Shown here one piece after another: positions 48,600 through 57,658 of a stretch of 64,000 nucleotides of DNA (positions are counted from its first letter, which is position 1; every line of letters starts with the position of its first letter). The notes under the pieces are model-generated. The model searched no databases. It saw only the letters and a program-made list of their open reading frames with translations, and had not been told where the DNA came from. Origin of the DNA: Acidobacteriota bacterium (lineage in GTDB: Bacteria > Acidobacteriota > CAIWXX01); contig JBFMAF010000020.1 of assembly GCA_040755995.1 (NCBI GenBank), forward strand, positions 1 through 64,000, given 5' to 3'. A program made the translations under genes and the position numbers.

Positions 48600-49487
48600 G
48601 TGGCGATGAGACTCGGCGCTCTTGCAGGCCTGGCGACGATCATCATCACCGCCGTGCCTGCCCAGGCTCTCGACGTCCCACCACTCACGGGCCGTGTCGT
48701 CGACCTCGCCGGGGCCATGCCTGACGACCGGAAAGCTGCGCTTTCGCAGCGACTGGCGAACTTCGAAGCGACGGACTCGACTCAAGTCGTCGTGCTGACG
48801 ATTCCGAGCCTGGAGGGTGAGCCGATCGAGTCGTACTCGATGCGCGTGGCCGAGGCCTGGAAGATCGGGCACCAGGGGAGCGACAACGGAGTGATCCTGC
48901 TGCTGGCGATGCAGGAGCGCGAGATACGGATCGAAGTCGGGTACGGACTCGAGGGACGCCTGCCGGACATCACTGCCGGCAAGATCATCCGCAACGACAT
49001 CGTGCCGCGATTCAAGGAAGGCGACTACGCCGGCGGAATCGAGCAGGGGGTCGACGGGATCGTCGCCTCGGTCAAGGGCGAGTACAAGGGAACGGGCCAG
49101 CCCACAGGCAGCCTCAGCAATGAATCGCCCGGTGCCGGCCTGTTCATCTTCGCCGCGTTTACTCTCATCTTCGCCGCCGTCGGCGCGGCATTCAAGCGCA
49201 TCCTCGGAGGCGGCATCGCCGCAGTCGCATGGCTCATCGGTGGGTTCATCTTCCTCGGAGCGGCCAGCTGGCTGTTGATCCTGCTGCTATGCCCCGTCCT
49301 GTTCGGCGCCGGGATGCTCTCGCCCGAAATACTCCGAGCCGCGGCCAGCGGCAGTCGCGTTTCCTCGGGCCGATCGTACCGGAGCAGCGGAGGATTCTCG
49401 AGCGGGGGCGGCTTCTCGAGCGGCGGAGGAGGGTTCTCGGGCGGAGGAGGCAGGTTCGGAGGCGGAGGAGCATCCGGGAAGTGGTGA
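48600..49487 (+). CDS. TPM domain protein (YgcG-like) with Gly-rich tail
   Basis: GRVVDLA, DNGVILLLA, RIEVGYGLEG, TMs, FSGGGGRFGGGGASGKW. Confidence 0.93.
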   Translation: MAMRLGALAGLATIIITAVPAQALDVPPLTGRVVDLAGAMPDDRKAALSQRLANFEATDSTQVVVLTIPSLEGEPIESYSMRVAEAWKIGHQGSDNGVILLLAMQEREIRIEVGYGLEGRLPDITAGKIIRNDIVPRFKEGDYAGGIEQGVDGIVASVKGEYKGTGQPTGSLSNESPGAGLFIFAAFTLIFAAVGAAFKRILGGGIAAVAWLIGGFIFLGAASWLLILLLCPVLFGAGMLSPEILRAAASGSRVSSGRSYRSSGGFSSGGGFSSGGGGFSGGGGRFGGGGASGKW

Positions 49488-49488
49488 C

Positions 49489-50121
49489 ATGAAGGTGTCA
49501 AGGCTGTTCAGCGAAGACGAGACCAAGCGCGTCAATGACGCGATCGCGTCTGCAGAGGAGAAGACATCCGGCGAGATAATCCCCGTGGTGGTCCCACAGA
49601 GCAGTGACTACCGCGAGGTCGCTTACCTCGGCGGGCTCGCCGGCGCGCTGGTAACGTATTTCGTGGCCATCTACCTTACTCGCGTGGACTCGCCGTCGCG
49701 CGTGCTGCTCACACTGGCCGCCGGCTACATCGCGGGCCTCCTCGCATCGAGAATCCCGGCGATCAAGCGCCTGCTGATCGGACGCCAATTCAGCGAGGAC
49801 GAGGTCTGGCGCCGCGCCGCGCTCGAGTTCCACCTCAACCGCGCCCACCGGACCTCCGCGCACACCGGCATCATCATCCTCCTCAGCCTCCTGGAAAGGA
49901 CCGTCGTCGTCTACGGAGACCAACCGATTGCTGAGAAGGTGAGGCAGGAGGAGTGGGACGGGGCCAGAGACGCAATCGTAGACGGAATCCGCGGCGGGCA
50001 GGCAGCCGAAGGACTTGCCGCCGGCATCGCGAGATGCGGCGAAATTCTCGCAATGCATTTCCCGATCCAGCGGGGCGACCAGAACGAGCTCCCGAATCGA
50101 CTGGTGCTTCGCGACTCATAG
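49489..50121 (+). CDS. TPM domain membrane protein (third gene of the LemA operon)
   Basis: IASAEEKTSGEI, TGIIILLSLLER, HFP...NELPN. Confidence 0.9.
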   Translation: MKVSRLFSEDETKRVNDAIASAEEKTSGEIIPVVVPQSSDYREVAYLGGLAGALVTYFVAIYLTRVDSPSRVLLTLAAGYIAGLLASRIPAIKRLLIGRQFSEDEVWRRAALEFHLNRAHRTSAHTGIIILLSLLERTVVVYGDQPIAEKVRQEEWDGARDAIVDGIRGGQAAEGLAAGIARCGEILAMHFPIQRGDQNELPNRLVLRDS

Positions 50122-50221
50122 AGGGCGAGGGCACCGCCGATCCCGGCCGTCGGTTCTGTTCCGAGAGCCGCACGGCGTACGACGCGCTGCCTGCGCGATG
50201 AGCGCGGGCACGGAGTCGCTA

Positions 50222-51425
50222 CTATTGGCCGGCGGACAAGGCCGACGAGACCTTTCTCGCGACCAGCTCGAAGCCTTTCCCGCGCGCCTGCTTCTCAAGC
50301 TGCTCCAGACGGCTCCGTCCAGCCGCGTTCTTCCCCGATGACAGCTCGATCATGCCCAGCACAAGCTCCAGATCGAACTTCTCGCTGGCGGTCCCGCGCT
50401 TCCTCACCACGGGTGTGAGCCGTGCTGTCAATCGGGTCGCCTCGCCCAGCCTGCCGGTACGGGCCAGGAGGCGCGACGCGTTGATGAAGGCCCCGAGGCT
50501 CAGCGAACCCTGATCGATTCGCGCCGCCAGGCCGGCGATACGGTCAAGGGCGCTGGCCAGTTCGTCGGTCTTGTGCTGTGCCAGAAGCGCTTCTGCAAGC
50601 ACCGACAGTCCCGAAGCCTCGAGGTCCGAGTTCCCTGCCCTTTCCGCATCGCCCGCGACCACTCGACCGACCTTCTCGGCCTCCGCGAAGCGGCCTTCAT
50701 CATTGTCGATGGTCGCGAGCTTGATCTGACAGTCGGCGGCACTGCCGGTATCGCCCATGGTGGTGAGGGCCGCCAGTGCCTCCTGGAAGTACCTCCGCGC
50801 CTCGCCGGTCTTGCCCTGGTGGAGCATGACAGTACCCAACCCGATGGATGTCCCCGCCCAGAACTCGCGATCCCCGCTCTCCTGCGTCAGAGCGCGTGCC
50901 TCGGTGTACACCCGTGATGCGGCCTCCAGGTCTCCCCGATTCAACGGATGCGAGCTGGGTGATGATCGGAAGTGCATCACTCTCGGTCACGCAGCCCTGC
51001 CGGCGGAGACGTGCACGGAGGGTTTCGCCGCGGAGCATCTCCATGCTCAGGAACGGAATGTCGATCGGCTGTCCGGTTCGAGGGTGCGTTGTCCGTTGAT
51101 GGCCGACGTCGAAAATACGGCAGATGTTCGGATGCGTCACGCGCCTGGCAAGCTGGACCTCGCGCTTGAATCGTTCCACGGCGCCAGGATCGCTTGCGAG
51201 ATCGGGGTGTATGAGCTTGATCGCGACCTGCTCGTGCAGTTCAGAGTCTTCCGCTTCGTAGACCTGGCCCATCCCGCCTTCGGCCAGGAAACGGGTGATC
51301 CTGTAGCGGTCGGCCAGGAGCGTGCCCACTTGCAGGAACGGCGGATTGCCGCCGATGGGCTCTGATCCCCCAGTGCGGGCGCGCTCGTCCGGGTAGGTGT
51401 TGCTGGGCGGCATCCCTTCACTCAC
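50222..51425 (-). pseudogene. Ser/Thr protein kinase-TPR gene with a large frame-shifting internal deletion
   Basis: Kinase N-lobe (LAEGGMGQVY, VAIK, FKREV, HPNICRIFD, LSMEML) ends near 50945 without HRD/DFG; a TPR-like helical C-terminus continues in another frame to the stop at 50222. Confidence 0.85.
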
Positions 51426-51437
51426 AAGATGACCCGG

Positions 51438-53081
51438 CTACGGGCGAATCACCATCCAGGTGAACGGCGGGACATAGGCCTGGAGGAAAACCAGCAGGCC
51501 GACGAGGGCGGCCAGCGCAAGGCTGTGTAGAAAGACGAACTTGAGGATGTCTCCTTCGTGGCCATACCACTTCGTGGCCGTGCTGGCCACGACGATACTC
51601 TGCGCGTCGATCATCTTGCCCATGACGCCGCCGGAGCTGTTAGCTGCGGCCATGAGAGTAGGGGAGAGCCCGAGTTGTGTGGCCGATATCTTCTGCAGGC
51701 CGCCGAAGAGCACGTTGGACGAGGTGTCTGACCCGGTGAGTGCCACGCCGAGCCAGCCCAGCAGGGTGCCGAAGAACGGATAGAGCACGCCGGTCCGCGA
51801 GAAGGCCAGACCGAGCGTGGCGTCCAGTCCGGTGTATCGTGACACGTAGCCCAGGGCCAGCATGCACGCGACGGTCAGGAGCGAGTATCGCACGCGCTTG
51901 ATGGTAGCCCAGTATGTGCGCGCGATCTCGATGGGGCGGTATCCGATGAGGAACGCCGAGATGAGCGCTGCGACGAGCAGCCCTGTGCCTGTCGCGGACA
52001 GCCAGTTGAGTGTGTAGACGGCGTCCTCCGGTGTGGAGTGCGTCACAACCGGGGGCGTGCGCAGAACCATCTGGTCGAGGCCAGGCACGCGAAGCCTGAC
52101 CGCCGAGACGTGATCAAGGAATGCCTTGACAATCGGCAGGCCCCAGATGAACACGACGACGCTGAGGATGATCCATGGGAGCCACGCCTTGAGCACTGCG
52201 CGCCTCGAATGAACCGGAGTACGAGGAGCTGACCTGTCGGCCGGCTTTCCATCCACTCCCCAGATCTCCTTCGGTCGCCACATCCGCAAGAATCCGACGA
52301 GTGCACCCATCGAGATCAACGAGGCGATCACGTCCACCAGCCAGGGGCCGTGAAGGTTCGATACGAGAAGCTGCGGAATGGCGAACGCAGCCCCGGCCAC
52401 GAGAACGGCGGGCCAGATCCCGCTGAGCCCCTTGACCCCCGCGTATGCCCAGATGAGCCAGAACGGAACCAGCAGTGAGAAGAAGGGCAGCTGCCGTCCG
52501 ACCATGGCGCTCAGCTCAGAGATCGGCAAGCCTGTGATTCCTGCCAATGCGATGATGGGCGTCCCGAGCGCTCCGAAAGCCACCGGAGCCGTGTTGGCCA
52601 GAAGCGAAAACCCTGAGGCGGCCAGCGGTGGGAAGCCGAGTCCGATGAGATTCGCCGCGGTGACGGCGACCGGCGTTCCGAAGCCCGCCGCCCCCTCGAA
52701 GAAAGCCCCGAAGCAGAACGCAACCAGCAGCAGCTGCAGCCGGCTGTCGCAAGTGACACGGGTCAGGCTGTCACGGAGAACACCGAAGAGGCCTCTCTGA
52801 TCCGTGAGATTGTACAGGAACACAACGTTGAGAATGATCCAGCCGATTGGCAGCAGCCCGTAGCCCGCCCCCATCAACGCTGCCCGCGCGGCCATCCCGA
52901 CCGGCATGCCGAATCCAAGCGTGGCGACGAGCAGCGCAGCCACGAGCCCCGAAATCGAAGCCCAGTGTGCTCGCACACGCAGCAGCGCAAGCGATCCGAG
53001 GAGGACCAGAATCGGAACGCCAGCCACGACCGTCGAAAGCGGCCACGATTGAAACGGATCGTAGTTCTGGGTCCATGCCAT
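51438..53081 (-). CDS. lctP: L-lactate/glycolate permease (LctP family)
   Basis: [58 protein letters not shown]. Confidence 0.95.
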   Translation of the reverse strand: MAWTQNYDPFQSWPLSTVVAGVPILVLLGSLALLRVRAHWASISGLVAALLVATLGFGMPVGMAARAALMGAGYGLLPIGWIILNVVFLYNLTDQRGLFGVLRDSLTRVTCDSRLQLLLVAFCFGAFFEGAAGFGTPVAVTAANLIGLGFPPLAASGFSLLANTAPVAFGALGTPIIALAGITGLPISELSAMVGRQLPFFSLLVPFWLIWAYAGVKGLSGIWPAVLVAGAAFAIPQLLVSNLHGPWLVDVIASLISMGALVGFLRMWRPKEIWGVDGKPADRSAPRTPVHSRRAVLKAWLPWIILSVVVFIWGLPIVKAFLDHVSAVRLRVPGLDQMVLRTPPVVTHSTPEDAVYTLNWLSATGTGLLVAALISAFLIGYRPIEIARTYWATIKRVRYSLLTVACMLALGYVSRYTGLDATLGLAFSRTGVLYPFFGTLLGWLGVALTGSDTSSNVLFGGLQKISATQLGLSPTLMAAANSSGGVMGKMIDAQSIVVASTATKWYGHEGDILKFVFLHSLALAALVGLLVFLQAYVPPFTWMVIRP

Positions 53082-53317
53082 TGCTTGCCTCACGATATGG
53101 AAGACGCCTGCGTCTCCGTGAGATCAGGCCGGTTCACCGACGTGGAGCTGGTTGCTCATTTGACCTTTCCATTATACGCATCCGTGCGCCGTTCCGTCCA
53201 TGCGCCAGTGCGTTCGAGGCGGCGTGAGCACGTTTCGCGCACTCTTGATGCACGTGTCTATCAACACAAGTACGCCGCCGTTGGATCACGGCCGTGACCT
53301 TGACCTGGCGGTCCAGC

Positions 53318-53346
53318 TTGACACGGAGGCTGACGATAGGTACATG
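53318..53346 (+). promoter_or_regulatory. Putative sigma-70 promoter for the porin gene
   Basis: TTGACA-N17-TACATG. Confidence 0.4.
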
Positions 53347-53442
53347 ATGCATTCGAGGTTCAGATGCTCTCGCGGCTGGCCGCAGGTTGCCTTGCAGTGC
53401 CCGTGAATCCAGTTCGACTCGCCCGCGCCAGGGAGGGAATCA

Positions 53443-54639
53443 ATGTGTACAGGGCTCGTTACCGTTCCGCTGTTACTATCGCTGGCTGCACGATGCACCC
53501 CAGCGCAGGACATCGCACAACAAGCCGGACAGGTGTCGGCTCAGCCGGCGCCAGCACCTTCGCCGCAGACGTCGCAGGCTGCGCCGGTCAAGCCTTCGAT
53601 CGATCTGTACGGATTCATCGAGGCAGACCTCACGCACGACTCGAACAGCTCCGTTGTCGGCGGCAATGCGTCCGGTACCATCGAGAACAGCACCTTCGAT
53701 CTGTCCCTGCGAGCCACGCGCCTCGGATTCAAGTTCACAGGGCCGTCTGTGGTGCGGGCCTCGATAGGAGGCGCAGTGGAAGTCGACTTCAACACCGCCG
53801 GCAGCGGTCCGTCCTCGCCGTTCATCCGCATGCGGAAAGCATATTTCACGATGGATTGGGAGTCGAGCCGCACGGGCCTGCTCATCGGCCAGACGTGGGA
53901 TGTCATCGCTCCGCTCCAGCCTGACACAATCAGCTTCCCCACCGAGGTTTACACCGGAGACATCGGCTACCGCCGCCCGCAGATCAGGCTGTCGAAAGGC
54001 TTCGATATCGGGGGCGAGAAGTTCCTCACGCTGCAAACGGCCTTGGCGAAGACGGCGGGGGAGCTTGTAGAGCTGCCGCCGGCGACGGATACCCTGGCCA
54101 TGCCTGTCGTACAGGCGCGCGCTGCAGTCGATTTCCCGCTCGATGCGACACATACCGGCACCATTGGGCTCTTCGGCCATTGGGGCACCAAGGAGTTCCG
54201 GCTGGCTGGGCCTGAAGACAGGGTCCGGTTGTACTCGTGGAGCGCCGGTCTGGATTTCTTGCTGCCGGTATCGTCGATGGCCACTCTCCAGGGAGAAGCC
54301 TGGTACGGCGCCGCATTCGACCTCTACCAGCTGGGCCATCTGCTCAGCGTAGATCTGCGGACCGGTTGGCACGCCGCGGGCGGGTGGGGACAACTTACGA
54401 TCTTCCCGAGGCCTCGCCTGCGCATCAACTGCGGCCTCGGCTTCGATGATCCCCGGGACATCGAGGTTTCGCCCAGCCAACGAGACCTGGCGCTCACCGG
54501 ATTCGGCAATTTCTACTACGACCTCAACAAGCACATAGAAATGGGCATGGAAGTGTCGCTGTGGGGTGCCGAATTGCCCGGCGACGACAATCTCACCAAC
54601 AAGACGCGAATCCAGGCGACGTTCATGTACTATTTTTAG
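53443..54639 (+). CDS. Outer-membrane porin, DcaP-like
   Basis: Signal peptide, LYGFIEAD, RATRLGF, VEVDF, IRMRKAY, LLIGQTW, RRPQIR, C-terminal ATFMYYF. Confidence 0.8.
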   Translation: MCTGLVTVPLLLSLAARCTPAQDIAQQAGQVSAQPAPAPSPQTSQAAPVKPSIDLYGFIEADLTHDSNSSVVGGNASGTIENSTFDLSLRATRLGFKFTGPSVVRASIGGAVEVDFNTAGSGPSSPFIRMRKAYFTMDWESSRTGLLIGQTWDVIAPLQPDTISFPTEVYTGDIGYRRPQIRLSKGFDIGGEKFLTLQTALAKTAGELVELPPATDTLAMPVVQARAAVDFPLDATHTGTIGLFGHWGTKEFRLAGPEDRVRLYSWSAGLDFLLPVSSMATLQGEAWYGAAFDLYQLGHLLSVDLRTGWHAAGGWGQLTIFPRPRLRINCGLGFDDPRDIEVSPSQRDLALTGFGNFYYDLNKHIEMGMEVSLWGAELPGDDNLTNKTRIQATFMYYF

Positions 54640-54694
54640 CGAGGCCGCGTTTCAGACCTGCGAGGCATATCACGGTCGCGGTCGTGCGGTCGCA

Positions 54695-54778
54695 AGACGG
54701 GAGACGGGAGACGCAAGACGGGAGACGGGAGACGGGAGATGGGAGAAGGAAGACGGAAAACGGGAGAAGGAAGACGGG
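54695..54778. repeat. Heptamer tandem repeat AGACGGG, 12 units
   Basis: agacggg agacggg agacgca agacggg agacggg agacggg agatggg agaagga agacgga aaacggg agaagga agacggg, between convergent genes. Confidence 0.85.
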
Positions 54779-54828
54779 CGAGCGCCGGGGCTGGCCGGCG
54801 CTCGACGGCATGGCAAAGGCAGGGGAGG

Positions 54829-56406
54829 TCAGTTCTTGTAGTTGTTGACTTCGTAGCTGCTGATTTCCCGCATCGTTTCTGATGGGTGGCGGGGGTTCTC
54901 TCCGTCGAAGTGCGTGTACTTGTAGTAGCCGCCCTCGTAGTATTCGCCGGTCTCCGTGTCGCGAGTCCCCCAGGGATCGGTAGCGTACACCTTGCCTCCC
55001 TCCATCTCGGAGACCCAGAACGACTGCCCGCGGCGATAGTCGTCCCACTTCGAGTCCATGAAGTCCTTGCGGGCCTGGCGCGCTTCCCATGCGGCCTGGT
55101 TGTCGTACCGGGCCTGGTTCAGCTCCTGCATCTTCTGCATCGTCTGCTGCTGGAGCCGACGGAGATTCGCCAATCCCTGCTGGATGTAATTCCTCGCGTA
55201 CTGGTCGCTGATCCCGTAGGAGCTCCCGATCTTCTCGAGCAAAGGCACATACCGTGGGAACTCGGCCTCCGGCGCCCAGAAGCCCGAGATGATGCTGAAC
55301 CACTGGCCCATGATCGACGGCGTCGCATTGATCATCTTGAATGCTCCGACGCAGCGTGCGCCTTGCGGGGACACATACCTGACCACCATGTCCTCGGCCT
55401 GGCACTGCCGTCCGACGTACGCCGGAAACGCGCGGATCGTATCGTTGTCCGGCTGGCTCTCCACAACCTGAACGTCGCGGTTCCCGTATCGCGAGAACAC
55501 CTGGCGGATGAAATCCGACGGTGCGCAGTATGGCGACACGAATACGCCGGCCGGCATCGCCACTCCGTAATTGCTCGGAAGCACCTCGACACTCGTGAAT
55601 ACGAATCCTGCACTGCCGTCGTGCGCCGCGGCGATCGTCCTGCCGCCGGTCGAGTGGAAGCTCCAATCGGCCGGGATGGCGATCGTGGCTGAGCCGTCTT
55701 GGGCACGGCGCTGAACCAGCGGCGTGTCTATGGGGCGTAGAGACGGGACAGCCGCTGCGTTGCCCGCATTCACAGGGCCGCTTGGGAATCTGAGGTTGGT
55801 CAGAATGTTGAGCAACATGTCACGCTGCTGCGCAAGCTCGGCCGTGGGCGCGCAGTATCCTATGATCGACACGTACTGCGGCTCAGCGGAGAAGTAGTAT
55901 TTCCCGCTCACAGCAACCCCATTGCGGGTGTACGAGACCGATGCCACGGACTTCGCGCGGTCCGGCGACGCGTACAGCTCAGACAGTTCCAGATCCCGGC
56001 ATCTCGATCTCACGGTCTGCGAGAACATGGCGATCAGGCGCACGGAATCCGTCGTGCTCTGCGCATTCGGGGCGTAAAAGAACTCAACCAGCGACGTCCC
56101 TGCCGGGCTCGCGGCCACCACGTACAGCGAGTTGCGATCTCCTTCCTGCTGCACGATCCAGCCCGCGGGCTTGTAGAGACTGTACAGGCCGTCCGGCGAG
56201 GCGTACTCATGCAGCCCATGAGGGTCGCGGCTGGTCGCACTGCAGCCGCCCAGCGCGAACAAGAATGAGGCGCATACCGCCAGGACATCGGGTGAGCGGG
56301 CGATCCCCTTTGCCCCCGCTTGGTGGGACGCTGAGGCACGTTGAGATGCCTCGTCTGTTGCTCTGAACATCGTCATGCGTGGCCTACCTTTCATCAATGC
56401 TCCCAC
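54829..56406 (-). CDS. Hypothetical lipoprotein (start uncertain)
   Basis: Long ORF; lipobox-like FLFALGG-C; two SPDG/QDG...P-x-x-W-initiated domains; Gln-rich helix; Tyr/Gly-rich C-terminus. Confidence 0.75.
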   Translation of the reverse strand: MGALMKGRPRMTMFRATDEASQRASASHQAGAKGIARSPDVLAVCASFLFALGGCSATSRDPHGLHEYASPDGLYSLYKPAGWIVQQEGDRNSLYVVAASPAGTSLVEFFYAPNAQSTTDSVRLIAMFSQTVRSRCRDLELSELYASPDRAKSVASVSYTRNGVAVSGKYYFSAEPQYVSIIGYCAPTAELAQQRDMLLNILTNLRFPSGPVNAGNAAAVPSLRPIDTPLVQRRAQDGSATIAIPADWSFHSTGGRTIAAAHDGSAGFVFTSVEVLPSNYGVAMPAGVFVSPYCAPSDFIRQVFSRYGNRDVQVVESQPDNDTIRAFPAYVGRQCQAEDMVVRYVSPQGARCVGAFKMINATPSIMGQWFSIISGFWAPEAEFPRYVPLLEKIGSSYGISDQYARNYIQQGLANLRRLQQQTMQKMQELNQARYDNQAAWEARQARKDFMDSKWDDYRRGQSFWVSEMEGGKVYATDPWGTRDTETGEYYEGGYYKYTHFDGENPRHPSETMREISSYEVNNYKN

Positions 56407-56781
56407 TGGTCAACGCGAGGGCCCGGGAAGGAAACGATCATTCGCCGGGCGAGATGTGACCGGCGTCACGCGGCTGATTGTGTCCGAGAGCCCCGATTCT
56501 GCCGCAGCCGGCGTCCTTGTTCGCTTGCGCGAGAAGGATGGGGAATGAACGGGTACGGGCACGACTCGGTAGCCGCGGCCAGGCCCTCGCCGGATTCGTC
56601 AAGCACCCGTAGATTCCGGCTGGCGAGTCGGGCGTATTTCTGCTAGATTAGAGTTCGCGCTCGTGCAACCGAGATGGGAGCGGGACTGTCTGAAGGTGAA
56701 AGTTATCAGATTGACGCCGGATGAAGCCACTGCATCCGAGGGACAAGCGCCTCTCCATACTCGCGCGCACCGAATGAAAGT

Positions 56782-57570
56782 ATGAGCAAGCAGAGGCCGA
56801 ACAACATCAAACAGGTGGAGATCTCCGGGGCCGAGGAAGAGCCGGCTGAACGTGCGGCCGGTCTGGATACCGCCCCCACGGCCGAAGAGGACGCGGCGGC
56901 TGCGACGGAGAAGGACACGCCGGCAGGCGACGACCCGAACGCGACGGCTCCCGCCGGCGGTGCACCGGACAGTGATGAAGCCGAGGCGGAGGACGTTGAG
57001 GGACAAGAGATGTCCTCTCCTCCTGCTGCTCCGAGTCAGCCGGAAGATGATTCCGCTGAATACTGGGAAGAGGATGAGGAAACGATCCCAGAGGAGCCCC
57101 CGGCTCATATTCGTCTTCTGGTCTGGCTCGGCACCGGCCTCCTGCTCATAGCCGTCGTTGCCGGCGCGTTTTGGGTCTACCACCGGCTGGCCGCGAGAGA
57201 GGGTCCCCCGGCTGCATACGGGCATTCTGAAGGACAAGGTGCCTCTGCGAGCACCCCCACCCACTTCCAGCCACTGCTCGGGAGATGGGTCCGCTCGGAC
57301 GGCGGGCATGTGCTGGAGATCCGAAGTATCGGCCCCGATGGACAGATGGACGCCAGCTACTACGATCCGGACAGCATCTACTTGTCGAAGGCAGAAGCAT
57401 ACAGAGAGGGGTCAGACCTCAAGGTTTTCGTCGAGCTGCGCGATATGGACTACCCCGGTTGCACGTACACACTGACGTACAATCGTCAAGGAGACCGACT
57501 CGATGGCGTTTACTTCCAGGCGATGATCCACGGGTATATCGACGCGCGCTTCGACCGAGAACGCAAGTAG
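56782..57570 (+). CDS. Bitopic membrane protein: acidic disordered N-terminus, TM, small beta domain
   Basis: E/D/P/A-rich first ~110 aa, TM LLVWLGTGLLLIAVVAGAFWVY, then LLGRWVRSDGGHVLEI...YPGCTYTLTY. Confidence 0.75.
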   Translation: MSKQRPNNIKQVEISGAEEEPAERAAGLDTAPTAEEDAAAATEKDTPAGDDPNATAPAGGAPDSDEAEAEDVEGQEMSSPPAAPSQPEDDSAEYWEEDEETIPEEPPAHIRLLVWLGTGLLLIAVVAGAFWVYHRLAAREGPPAAYGHSEGQGASASTPTHFQPLLGRWVRSDGGHVLEIRSIGPDGQMDASYYDPDSIYLSKAEAYREGSDLKVFVELRDMDYPGCTYTLTYNRQGDRLDGVYFQAMIHGYIDARFDRERK

Positions 57571-57658
57571 AGGACGCTCCGTCTCCCACTCTCCACTCTT
57601 TGCGCGAGGCGCGGCCAGAGCCGCTTGGCGTGCTTTATCGATCAGAGGCCGCGCCTGG

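Noticed and set aside
47926..50121. LemA-TPM-TPM operon as a novel system
   Set aside because: It is a widespread, well-known gene trio; the Gly/Ser-rich tail repeats are normal for the family.
54695..54778. Possible CRISPR array (also considered at 29376 and 42339)
   Set aside because: Units are 7-8 nt tandem repeats or palindromes without unique spacers, and there are no cas genes in the window.
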